From contig JAUQPU010000006.1 of the NCBI GenBank assembly GCA_030550235.1, positions 6,797 through 38,796 of the forward strand: a stretch of DNA of 32,000 nucleotides, written 5' to 3'. The notes under the pieces were generated by a model. That model was not told the DNA's origin. It did no database searches and saw nothing but the letters and a program-made list of their open reading frames with translations. Source of the DNA: Thermoproteota archaeon. GTDB lineage: Archaea; Thermoproteota; Nitrososphaeria_A; Caldarchaeales; Calditenuaceae. The translations under genes were made by a program, and so were the position numbers. Below are positions 8,787 through 17,103 of this stretch, in pieces. Numbering within the stretch: the stretch's first letter is position 1; the number at the start of each line of letters is the position of its first letter.

Positions 8787-9566
8787 TCATGTAATTTTAA
8801 AACCTGCCTTTTTTAGGATGTAGCTGAGAGACTCGGCGAAATTAGTTGAGAGCAGCTCCCTTCCACCTATCTTTCCCACAAGAGAGTTCAGGGCGAGATC
8901 ATACGGAATGGACCCCAGAAACTCCACGCCCATCTCCCTGGCTAGGTCTCTCGAGGGACTCGTAGCGCCGCCTCCAGACATGTTCTCGACAATTCCAGCA
9001 ATTCTAACTGGTATCGAGCTTAGAATCTCTACTACTTTTCTGGCAACGTTTACTGCGAGCTGGGTGGGTGTTGTGACGACAAGAGCAACCCCATTCACCC
9101 TTACATATCTCGAAACTGTGAGGAGCTCGTCTCCCGTCCCAGGAGGCAGGTCCACTAACAGGTAATCGAGCTCGCCATACGCTGTTAGTGCGAGCATCTC
9201 CTTCACCACCTCCTCCTTAGCATGGCCCCTCAGTGGGAGGGGCTTACCACGGGCTAGCAGGTCGATGGACATCACCTTAACCCCCTCTACCACAGGTGGG
9301 ACGAGCCCCTCCTCGCTCTCGACTGGCGCCTCCTTGACGCCGAGTATGAAGCATGATGATGGCCCGTGTAGGTCTAGGTCGAGTAGGCCTGTCCTGTTGG
9401 AGGAGCGGGAGAGCAGTAGAGCGGCAGTGGAAGCTATCAGGCTCTTCCCAACACCACCCTTCCCACCAGTAACCATGACCACCTGAGAGATGCTCCTCAG
9501 CCTCTTCTCGACGAGTTTTTCACGATAATCAACCAAGCCCCCACTAGTGCTCGACATATATGACAT
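8787..9566 (-). CDS. Mrp/MinD-family P-loop ATPase, probable ATPase-type HypB (Ni insertion partner of HypA)
   Basis: Deviant Walker A VTGGKGGVGKS. ENMSGGGATS lacks the CxxC that Fe-S-carrier Mrp/Nbp35 proteins have after ENMS. It overlaps the hypA stop. Confidence 0.75.
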   Translation of the reverse strand: MSYMSSTSGGLVDYREKLVEKRLRSISQVVMVTGGKGGVGKSLIASTAALLLSRSSNRTGLLDLDLHGPSSCFILGVKEAPVESEEGLVPPVVEGVKVMSIDLLARGKPLPLRGHAKEEVVKEMLALTAYGELDYLLVDLPPGTGDELLTVSRYVRVNGVALVVTTPTQLAVNVARKVVEILSSIPVRIAGIVENMSGGGATSPSRDLAREMGVEFLGSIPYDLALNSLVGKIGGRELLSTNFAESLSYILKKAGFKIT

Positions 9567-9951
9567 CTCTCACACTCACGCCCCTACCCTCGACGACTCT
9601 CAGGTCTAGGCTGCCACACCTCCTGCACTCTGCATACGACGCTATCAGGTCAGGGAGGAAATGTATAGTCTCCCTCTCCTCCTCGCTGAGCCCTGAGACA
9701 GCCTCGCTGAAAGCCATCTCATAGCCGCAGGTCCCACATCTAACCCTCGCCGGCTCAACCTCGATTGAGAACTGGGCTCCACTAACCTCACTAGCCTCTA
9801 TAAGCCTCTTAAGGGCCTCACTCAACTGCTCTAGGTTAAGCATGCTCAACTCTCCCACAACAACCCTGAAGCTCTTAACCACACGGCCCGACCTAAAAGA
9901 GAACTCTCGGAGAGACTCGACAATACCCACCGCTATCACATACTCATGCAA
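9544..9951 (-). CDS. hypA: Hydrogenase nickel incorporation protein HypA
   Basis: Zn site CGTCG...CRRCG. I place the start at TTG 9949-9951 so the protein begins MHE, the Ni-binding N-terminus of HypA. The tracked ORF begins 6 codons earlier. Confidence 0.88.
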   Translation of the reverse strand: MHEYVIAVGIVESLREFSFRSGRVVKSFRVVVGELSMLNLEQLSEALKRLIEASEVSGAQFSIEVEPARVRCGTCGYEMAFSEAVSGLSEEERETIHFLPDLIASYAECRRCGSLDLRVVEGRGVSVRDVIYVEH

Positions 9952-10064
9952 CGGACTACAAGGAAACAACCAAAGCCCCAGCCTATAACCCTAGCCCGAG
10001 CAGAGGCTGGCCAGATGCTGCCCCTCGCCCGGTAAACAAAACTAACCCTGATTTCACTACTCTT

Positions 10065-10358
10065 TTGAAACTCTGGGAGAATCTTCTCAAAGTATTCAAG
10101 CAATTCTGGATTAATCAATGCGCCTCTATTTATGACCCGAGAGAAATTGAGTTGTATGGAAAACTTGTTAGTGATGAACATTTAAAGAAGGTGTGGATGA
10201 TAGGAACAACGCCTGAGGACCACATAAAACATATTGAACATTACATTAAGCTGGGCTTTAGGAATATCCACGTTACTTCTTCTAGCCCTGATGAGAAGAA
10301 AACTATATCAATGTACGGTGGTCAAGTTATTCCATATTTGAAATCAACGTATAAGTAA
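10065..10358 (+). pseudogene. C-terminal remnant of a luciferase-like (F420-dependent G6PDH/LLM family) oxidoreductase
   Basis: ...SDEHLKKVWMIGTTPEDHIKHIEHYIKLGFRNIHVTSSSPDEKKTISMYGGQVIPYLK resembles only the last 60-90 aa of LLM/Fgd-type enzymes. No N-terminal 240 aa is present. GC is much lower than the flanks. Confidence 0.45.
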
Positions 10359-10488
10359 TCAATTCATTGTTTGTAGGGATAACGTGTTAAGCCTCTTGGA
10401 GCGGGTACTCCTCTAAGGTCTCGGTATGCTTCAGAAGACCATGCGGCCAAAGAGACCAAAGCCCTCAAATATTATACCTATATCCTTA

Positions 10489-10562
10489 CGGGCCCGGTGG
10501 GACTCGAACCCACGATCTGCGGCTTAGGAGGCCGCCGCCTTATCCTTCTAGGCCACGGGCCC
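10489..10562 (-). tRNA. tRNA-Arg (CCU)
   Basis: GGGCCCG UG GCCU AGAAGGAUA AGGC G GCGGC CUCCUAA GCCGC AGAUC GUGGG UUCGAGU CCCAC CGGGCCC G. Perfect cloverleaf, no intron. TTTTTTAAAATTC lies about 22-33 nt upstream. Confidence 0.92.
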
Positions 10563-10621
10563 GATATCGCTTATTGGTGTTGAATTTTAAAAAACTTTGC
10601 GTGTTCTTGGAGGGCTGGAGG

Positions 10622-12439
10622 CTATGGGACTGTTATTGATTTGGCGAGGTTCCTGGGCTTGTCGGGGTCGTATCCCTTGACTACTGCTGTATAGTACGCT
10701 AGTAGCTGTAGTGGGATTGTGTAGGGGATGGGTGATAGAAGGGGATGTATCTTTGGCATCTCAATGTAGTGGTCTGCGAGCTGCTTAAGATCCTGGTCTG
10801 AGGAGTCGCCAAGAACAATAGTATAAGCTCCCCTGGCCTTCATCTCCATTATACTCCCGATGTTCAGCTTCCTATACTCATCAGGCGGGGCTATGAATAC
10901 TACTGGAACACCATTTTCGATCACGCTTATGGGGCCGTGCTTGCTCTCACCCGCGGGGTAGGTTATGCATGGGATATAGGAGAGCTCCATTAGCTTGAGC
11001 CTCCCCTCAAGGGCTGTGCTGTAGGATACTCCGCGGCCTAGCATGAAGACCACCCTGCTCTCAGCAATCCTCTCGGCTAGTTTCTTGATAGGCTCCTCCA
11101 CTCTCTCCAATACATCATGCACAATGGATGGCACCTTCTCCATCCATGAGTTGAACTCGTCTATCTCGTACTGTGCTATCTTCCCCCTAAGCCTCGCCAG
11201 CCTGAGAGCTATCTTCGCCAGCACTAGGACCTGTGAGGTGAAGGTCTTTGTTGCCGCTACACCGATCTCAGGGCCCGAGTTTTGGAGTACATAGGCTCTG
11301 GCTACTCTTGTCAGCGTGGAGCCGACGGTGTTTGTTATGCCTAGGATGGTGCAGGCCCGCATCCTCGCATATTCCAGCGCGCTGAGGACGTCGGCGGTCT
11401 CACCTGACTGGCTTACAGCTAGGATAACAGTGTCGACTCCTATAGATGCGCCGTAGTTGGGGATGAACTCGGAGGCTATTACGGGAAAAGTGGAAAGACG
11501 CGCAATCTGTGAGAAGAGGTAGGAGCCAGCGATACATGCATTATAGGAGGTTCCCGCCCCCACCAGATAGATTACACGCCCCTTATCAAGTAGCTCAGCT
11601 AGGAGGTCAACATACTCGATCTGGAGTCTGAGGGAGTTTCGAAGAGTCTCAGGCTGCTCAAATATCTCTTTCAGCATAAAGTGTGGATATCCATGCTTCT
11701 CAGCCATCTCGATTGTCAGGTCCACTGTCTTGACCGGCCTCTCCACGGCCTCGCCGGTGTCTATTCTATAGACTCTGTAGCTGTCTGGCGTCAGGATTGC
11801 CATGTCCCCGTCGTGTAGGAAGACCATCTCCCCCGTCATGTCTAGGAGGGCTGTGATGTCTGAAGCTATCATGTTGAAGCCCTTCCCAACGCCGATGATT
11901 AGGGGAGCCTCCCTCCTAGCAGCGAGGATTGTGTCGGGGCTCTGTGAAGAGACTAGCGCAACCGCATAAGACCCCTCAAGTCTCAATAGTGTCTTCCTGA
12001 AGGCCTCCTTAAGCTCCACCCCTTTCTTCAAATACTCCTCAATAAGGTGCGCGATGACCTCGCTGTCTGTCCTTGAAGCAAGGGCGTGGTCGAGGTCCAG
12101 CAGCTCCTTCTTTAAGGCGAGGTAGTTCTCTATCACGCCGTTATGGACGATAGCTATGCTTCCAGTGCAGTCGGTGTGTGGGTGTGCATTTATAGTTGTG
12201 GGCGCTCCGTGCGTCGCCCATCTGGTGTGGGCTATCCCGATGGCGCCGGGCATAGATTCCAGCTTCAGCCTCGCGTTTATCTCTTCGACCCTGCCAGTAT
12301 CCTTCTTGATAAAGACCACGCCGCCGTACAGCGTGGCGGCACCGGCGGAGTCGTATCCCCTATACTCGAGCCTCCTCAAGGCCCGCAGCAAAATGGGCGC
12401 GGCGTTCTCCGTACCCACGTAGCCCACGATGCCGCACAT
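10622..12439 (-). CDS. glmS: Glutamine--fructose-6-phosphate aminotransferase (isomerising)
   Basis: MCGIVGY N-terminal nucleophile motif plus two SIS domains. I place the start at the Met preceding Cys (12439), not the tracked 12451, because Cys must be residue 2. Confidence 0.95.
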   Translation of the reverse strand: MCGIVGYVGTENAAPILLRALRRLEYRGYDSAGAATLYGGVVFIKKDTGRVEEINARLKLESMPGAIGIAHTRWATHGAPTTINAHPHTDCTGSIAIVHNGVIENYLALKKELLDLDHALASRTDSEVIAHLIEEYLKKGVELKEAFRKTLLRLEGSYAVALVSSQSPDTILAARREAPLIIGVGKGFNMIASDITALLDMTGEMVFLHDGDMAILTPDSYRVYRIDTGEAVERPVKTVDLTIEMAEKHGYPHFMLKEIFEQPETLRNSLRLQIEYVDLLAELLDKGRVIYLVGAGTSYNACIAGSYLFSQIARLSTFPVIASEFIPNYGASIGVDTVILAVSQSGETADVLSALEYARMRACTILGITNTVGSTLTRVARAYVLQNSGPEIGVAATKTFTSQVLVLAKIALRLARLRGKIAQYEIDEFNSWMEKVPSIVHDVLERVEEPIKKLAERIAESRVVFMLGRGVSYSTALEGRLKLMELSYIPCITYPAGESKHGPISVIENGVPVVFIAPPDEYRKLNIGSIMEMKARGAYTIVLGDSSDQDLKQLADHYIEMPKIHPLLSPIPYTIPLQLLAYYTAVVKGYDPDKPRNLAKSITVP

Positions 12440-12602
12440 TAGCCAAGACACCTATCTCCCAAGAATTTAAGCGCGATGACTTCAAGATGATGGAACTTGA
12501 AGGTGTGGGGGTGAGTTATGGACTATTCTAGGGCTTAGAGGGGGTTTAGGAGAGTGTATATTTAAATGTCTCCATGGACTAGGTGCTGGCTGGTGTCCCT
12601 AA

Positions 12603-12797
12603 ATGGTCCGGCTAAGGCCGCAGCTTTTTGTTAGGTTGGCCGTCAAGGCTCTCGGGATACTTGGCCTCATAATCTCGATTCAGATGATCCAGGCGCTCTT
12701 CTCGCTTGAGATGGGTGTGATGACCGTCTTCCCATACATAACACTTGTAGTCTTCGCCGCCCTCCTAGTCGCCAGCATTCTCGCAATCCTCGCCTGA
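12603..12797 (+). CDS. Small hydrophobic protein (two predicted TM helices), function unknown
   Basis: A 64-aa ORF with two hydrophobic stretches. TATATTTAAAT lies about 40 nt upstream, and the ORF ends 16 nt before thrC. Confidence 0.35.
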   Translation: MVRLRPQLFVRLAVKALGILGLIISIQMIQALFSLEMGVMTVFPYITLVVFAALLVASILAILA

Positions 12798-12813
12798 GTG
12801 ATGGGTTGAGACG

Positions 12814-13995
12814 GTGCCTCGAGAAGAATATGTGCTTGTCTGCATATCTTGCGGCGAGTCCTATCCCCGCGAGGAGGTAGTCTATAGGTGCCGCCGGTGT
12901 GGAGATCTTTTAGAGGCGAGGATTAGCCCAGGCGGGGTCTTCAGGCTTGACACTCTCATAGGCCGTGTCCACAGCATGTGGCGCTACAGGGAGCTTCTAC
13001 CTTCCTTCTTTAATAGGATAGTGAGTCTTGGAGAAGGATACACCACCCTAGTTAAGGCTGATAAGCTCGCGAAGGTCGTGGGGGTTAGGGAGTTTTATGT
13101 CAAGCTGGAGGGCCTCAACCCGACTGGAAGCTTCAAGGACCGTGGTATGAGTGTTGGCGTCTCGATGGCGTGCATGATAGGAGCTAAGAGCGTCGTCTGC
13201 GCATCCACAGGCAACACCTCAGCCTCCCTGGCCGCTTACGCTGCACGTGCAGGGCTCGAGTGTCAAGTTTACATCCCTGAGGGCAAGATTGCATGGGGGA
13301 AGCTATTCCAGGCGAGGATGTTCGGGGCCAAGATCTATCAGGTTGCGGGGAGCTTTGACGATGCTCTAAAAAGGGTTATGGCGAGGGGCGGTGAAGATGC
13401 CTATATTTTGAACTCAGTGAATCCTTGGAGAATTGAGGGGCAGAAGACGGCCGCCTTCGAGCTCTGGGAACAGATGGGTGGCAAGACTGACTATGTAGTT
13501 GCTTTGCCTGTGGGTAATTCTGGAAACATAGCGGCCTACTGGAAGGGGTTCAAAGAGCTGCAGGAACACGGGCTCATCAACGACACGCCAAGGCTTGTAG
13601 GCGTTCAAGCCGAGGGTGCCTCACCGATAGCTGAGATGCTGACTAGGGGTCTAGAAAGTCTCCCCGACTGGCCAAACCCCGAGACAATAGCCACCGCCAT
13701 CAGGATAGGTAGGCCGATAAACTGGAAGAAAGGTGTTCGAGCGATCAGGGATTCAGGCGGGACAGCGGTCAAGGCAAGAGACGAGGAGATACTAGATGCG
13801 CTCAGGCTCCTAGCTACTACAGAGGGCATAGCTACAGAGCCAGCCGGGGCAACACCAATAGCAGGTGTAAAGAAGCTTGTAGAAGAGGGGTGGCTAGGTA
13901 GAGATGAGAAGGTAATCTGTATAGCCACAGGAAACATGCTCAAAGACACAAACGAGGCCCTCGTCAGCTGGAATAAGCCACAAAAAGGAGATTAG
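12814..13995 (+). CDS. thrC: Threonine synthase (with N-terminal Zn ribbon)
   Basis: PLP-lysine motif NPTGSFKDRG, ASTGNTSAS, and N-terminal CISCG...CRRCG. Confidence 0.92.
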   Translation: MPREEYVLVCISCGESYPREEVVYRCRRCGDLLEARISPGGVFRLDTLIGRVHSMWRYRELLPSFFNRIVSLGEGYTTLVKADKLAKVVGVREFYVKLEGLNPTGSFKDRGMSVGVSMACMIGAKSVVCASTGNTSASLAAYAARAGLECQVYIPEGKIAWGKLFQARMFGAKIYQVAGSFDDALKRVMARGGEDAYILNSVNPWRIEGQKTAAFELWEQMGGKTDYVVALPVGNSGNIAAYWKGFKELQEHGLINDTPRLVGVQAEGASPIAEMLTRGLESLPDWPNPETIATAIRIGRPINWKKGVRAIRDSGGTAVKARDEEILDALRLLATTEGIATEPAGATPIAGVKKLVEEGWLGRDEKVICIATGNMLKDTNEALVSWNKPQKGD

Positions 13996-14056
13996 CCCGA
14001 CGCTAGGCGATACGGAATTTACATATACGACCAGCGCCGCAAGGAGTGTTGGGCAT

Positions 14057-14128
14057 GGGCCGGTAGATCAGTGGTAGATCGCCCGCCTCGCACGCGGGAG
14101 GCCGCGGGTTCGAATCCCGCCCGGTCCA
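14057..14128 (+). tRNA. tRNA-Ala (CGC)
   Basis: GGGCCGG UA GAUC AGUGGUA GAUC G CCCGC CUCGCAC GCGGG AGGCC GCGGG UUCGAAU CCCGC CCGGUCC A. The G3:U70 Ala identity pair is present. Confidence 0.92.
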
Positions 14129-14192
14129 GTCGCTTGTTGTTGTGCTGCTTTGATGAGGCTTTATTTTTAAATATTGGGGCGGATTCCTCTGG

Positions 14193-15650
14193 TTGGGAGG
14201 ATTTATTGCCAGGGAGTCTGAGAAGTTTGAGCGGTTCAGTGAGTGGTTCGATAACGTCCTCCTAACGGCGAGGATAGCTGATAATAGATATCCTGTGAAG
14301 GGGTTCATTGTCTATTTAGAGAATGGATGGTTTGTGATTGAGAGAGTTAGGAGGAGGCTGGAGGAGCTGCTGGAGGAGGATGGACACCTGCCGATGTACT
14401 ATCCAATAGTTGCTACGCTGGAGAATTTCTCCCGCGAGGCCGAGCATATTAAGGGGTTCATGGGTGAGGTCTTCGCGGTTGGTAAGCTGAGGCTTGGGGG
14501 AGAGGACGAGGCGCAGCAGGAGGCTCCCCTGATACTTAGGCCCACCTCAGAGACAATCATGTATCCGATGTTCGCCCTCTGGATCACAAACCACTCAGAC
14601 CTACCCCTCAAGGTCCACCAGAGTTGCGCCGTCTACAGGTATGAAACCAAGGCGACGAGGGCCCTCTACAGGGTTAGGGAGATACCGTGGAACGAGGGAC
14701 ACACGGCCCACGCCACGGGTGAGGAGGCGGAGGAGCAGCTCAAAAAGGCCGTTGAGATCTACAGGAAAGTCCTAGACGAGTTGGGGATAGCGTATCTTAC
14801 CCTCCGCCGGCCCGACTTTGATAAGTTCGCTGGAGCAGAATACTCGATAGCCTTTGACGCCTGGAACCCGGATGGGAAGGTCAACCAGGTTGCGACGGTC
14901 CATAACTTGGGGACTAACTTCTCAAGGGTCTTCGGAATAGAGTTTGAGAAGAGGGAGGGTGGGAAGGGCTATGTCTGGCAGCTCTGCTACGGCTTCGGAT
15001 ACAGCAGAGTCTTGGCCGCAATCATCGCACAGCACGGAGACGACCTCGGCCCCATCTTCCCACCCTGGGTAGCGCCAATACAGGTAGTCATCGTCCCCAT
15101 ACCCTACAAGGGGAGGGAGGCGGAGGTCTATGGATACGCCGAGAGAGTGTATGAGCTTCTACGGGGCGGCTACAGGGTTAAGCTCGATGAGCGCGAGGAT
15201 ATGACCCCCGGTGAGAAATATTATTACTGGGAGAGGAGGGGGGTGCCTCTACGGGTAGAGGTGGGGCCGCGGGACGTTGAGAAAAACGCCGTGGTGCTTG
15301 TGAGACGTGATACAGGTGAGAAGTTCAGCGTGCCTATAGAGAGGCTTAGGGAGGAGGTGGCGAGGGTTCTCGAGGATATAACGAGGAGCCTGGCAGAGCG
15401 TGCGAGAGGGAAGCTCTCAGAGCAGATAGTAGATGTGAAGAGCCTCGAGGAGGGGGCGCGGAGCATAGAGGAGGGCAAGATATGCAGGGTTAGCTGGTGT
15501 GGCAGAGAGGAGTGCGCCCTCTCCCTCAGGAACTCACTGGGCGCTGAGGTGCGGGGATACCGATACGATATTGAGGAGAGGAGCGATAAACCCTGCACAG
15601 TCTGCGGCTCACAGGGTAGGACATACCTCTACGTCGCGAGGGCCTTCTGA
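14193..15650 (+). CDS. proS: Prolyl-tRNA synthetase, archaeal/eukaryotic type
   Basis: FSEWFDNVLLTARIADNRYPVKG N-terminus, class II motifs, and a C-terminal Zn-binding domain ending in Y/F. TTG is the only in-frame start. Confidence 0.92.
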   Translation: MGGFIARESEKFERFSEWFDNVLLTARIADNRYPVKGFIVYLENGWFVIERVRRRLEELLEEDGHLPMYYPIVATLENFSREAEHIKGFMGEVFAVGKLRLGGEDEAQQEAPLILRPTSETIMYPMFALWITNHSDLPLKVHQSCAVYRYETKATRALYRVREIPWNEGHTAHATGEEAEEQLKKAVEIYRKVLDELGIAYLTLRRPDFDKFAGAEYSIAFDAWNPDGKVNQVATVHNLGTNFSRVFGIEFEKREGGKGYVWQLCYGFGYSRVLAAIIAQHGDDLGPIFPPWVAPIQVVIVPIPYKGREAEVYGYAERVYELLRGGYRVKLDEREDMTPGEKYYYWERRGVPLRVEVGPRDVEKNAVVLVRRDTGEKFSVPIERLREEVARVLEDITRSLAERARGKLSEQIVDVKSLEEGARSIEEGKICRVSWCGREECALSLRNSLGAEVRGYRYDIEERSDKPCTVCGSQGRTYLYVARAF

Positions 15651-15670
15651 AGCCCAAAAACCCTTTGATA

Positions 15671-16450
15671 CTAGGTTAGCTCCCCCTGGCTCACCTCGAT
15701 TAACCCCTTCTCCTCCAACTTCTTCAAAACCTCCTCCACCTCACCTTCAGGAATACCAAGGGCGCGGGAGCAAGCCTCAACCTCAAGCACCGCGCCCTCG
15801 GGCAGAGAGGAGATGTAGTTGTAGATTATGCGCTCCTTGGGTGTTAGGGTGGGGACCTCGGGGAAGCTCTCAGCCATTTTCTGGGCTATTATGGCCCTGG
15901 CCTCGTCAAGTATCCTTATGGCCTCGTCTGAGAGCTCGTTATGCTCGACTTCTTGGGCTGGGAGGCTGGCCGACATCCCCGAGCCGGCTATCAGACTGTC
16001 TATCGCTCCGCTGAGGCTATCAAGGCTCTCAGCAGCCTCAGGGATGATCTTCACAATCTCAACCTTAACCCTCTCCAACAGCCCCTTCAAGACCGGCGCC
16101 AGACCTATAATCTCCCTAAGCTCTAATAGACTCTCCATCCTCACCCTAACCTGCTCGAGAACTAGGAGGGATTGGAGAACTATCCTGGCAATCCTCCGAA
16201 GCTCCGCAATCTCGCCAGCATAGATAGCCGCATACCCCTCATCACCCATCTGAAGGGCCTGAATACACCTCTCAAAATACTCCTTCCCCCGCGCCTCCAG
16301 CCCCGCATATTTATTCTTTAGACGGTTGATCTGTGTGTTCAGGACCAGTAGGGCGGAGGAGAGCCTCGAGCTATAAGAGTCCGCACCCTCCCTAACCCCG
16401 CGCCCCCTCCTAAAAGTCCTAGCCCTGATATACTCTACAAGTCTCCCCAT
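15671..16450 (-). CDS. cdvB: ESCRT-III (Snf7-family) cell-division protein CdvB with a C-terminal winged-helix domain
   Basis: Long helical hairpin core (LNTQINRLKNKYAGLEARGKEYFERCIQALQMGDEGYAAIYAGEIAELRRIARI...), a Pro-rich FPEVPTLTP segment (MIM2-like), then a wH-like ...ALGIPEGEVEEVLKKLEEKGLIEV. Start taken at ATG 16450 (MGRLVEY). Confidence 0.7.
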   Translation of the reverse strand: MGRLVEYIRARTFRRGRGVREGADSYSSRLSSALLVLNTQINRLKNKYAGLEARGKEYFERCIQALQMGDEGYAAIYAGEIAELRRIARIVLQSLLVLEQVRVRMESLLELREIIGLAPVLKGLLERVKVEIVKIIPEAAESLDSLSGAIDSLIAGSGMSASLPAQEVEHNELSDEAIRILDEARAIIAQKMAESFPEVPTLTPKERIIYNYISSLPEGAVLEVEACSRALGIPEGEVEEVLKKLEEKGLIEVSQGELT

Positions 16451-16605
16451 TGTTCGAGGCCCTGCCTCCCGCCTCAATAGATAAAGGATAGATATGGGGG
16501 GGATGTTGGGCCATTAACGCGTATTACCCAAGAATACTGAGGGAGTTTCGGGGTGTGGCCGTATCTGCCTGAATGGATAAATAGGGGGAGGGGTATGGGA
16601 GAGAC

Positions 16606-16782
16606 GTGTCAGGCTCGCGGAGACGTAGAAGGGAGGCCCCTTTGCCTGCAACCGGTGCCGGTCTCCTGAGGTTCTTCGAGGAGGAGACTAAGGGGATAAA
16701 ACTTAGACCCCAGCTTATCCTCTTGGCCGGTGGCCTCTTGATAGCCTTGGTGCTGCTGCTTAGGGTGCTATTTCCGATATAA
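16606..16782 (+). CDS. secG: Preprotein translocase subunit Sec61beta (archaeal SecG)
   Basis: Below the track's size cutoff. My translation from GTG 16606 is MSGSRRRRREAPLPATGAGLLRFFEEETKGIKLRPQLILLAGGLLIALVLLLRVLFPI*. The AGLLRFF motif plus a single C-terminal TM is diagnostic. Confidence 0.8.
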   Translation: MSGSRRRRREAPLPATGAGLLRFFEEETKGIKLRPQLILLAGGLLIALVLLLRVLFPI

Positions 16783-16845
16783 TTGAAAACGCAAAGTGCT
16801 GGAGAAAAAATTTGGGGGTATTGTGAGTTCTCAGCTACTACGCGT

Positions 16846-17007
16846 CTATGTGCCTGGCTGTTGTGGTTGCGCGGGTGGCGCCTCAGATGGTGCAGCAGCT
16901 GGCCCTGCTGGCTTCTTCGCACGCGTCGGCTTCTTTGCACGCGCTCGGGCCTTCTTCTTACCTTTGGCCGACTTCTTAGCCGACCTCTTAGCTTTTCGCG
17001 CCGGCAT
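16846..17007 (-). CDS. 53-aa highly basic Lys/Ala/Pro-rich protein (possible nucleic-acid-binding protein)
   Basis: My translation is MPARKAKRSAKKSAKGKKKARARAKKPTRAKKPAGPAAAPSEAPPAQPQQPGT*. ATG is preceded by GTGAGGT (SD-like) and by AT-rich TATA-like sequence at 17021-17050. The long opposite-strand ORFs look like shadows. Confidence 0.5.
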   Translation of the reverse strand: MPARKAKRSAKKSAKGKKKARARAKKPTRAKKPAGPAAAPSEAPPAQPQQPGT

Positions 17008-17103
17008 ACCTCACACGCAAGATATAGTTAGAAGATCAATAATATAAGAATTTTTCTCTTCCCCCTGATAGGTCAAAATTGCTAAGAAATTTATACAGTC
17101 GCG

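Noticed and set aside
9936-10181. 81-aa minus-strand ORF spanning the hypA start and the low-GC patch
   Set aside because: It crosses a sharp compositional boundary, has no motifs, and overlaps both hypA and the LLM-like fragment. It is most likely spurious.
12480-12530. C-box-like AGATGATGG in the glmS upstream spacer (possible C/D box sRNA)
   Set aside because: There is no exact RUGAUGA, no CUGA D box at a suitable distance, and no terminal stem that I could find.
14003-14308. 101-aa minus-strand ORF
   Set aside because: It runs straight through tRNA-Ala (14057-14128) and the proS 5' end.
15499-16223. Plus-strand ORFs of 171, 131 and 61 aa across the proS 3' end and cdvB
   Set aside because: They lie antisense or out of frame to well-supported genes, with Pro/Ser/Arg-rich shadow composition.
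16524-17047. 138-aa minus-strand ORF and 82/83-aa plus-strand ORFs
   Set aside because: They overlap the clearly recognisable Sec61beta gene and the small basic-protein gene. Their sequences (RRSQQGQLLHHLRRHPRNH..., FFARVGFFARARAFF...) are mirror images of the Lys/Ala-rich coding strand.
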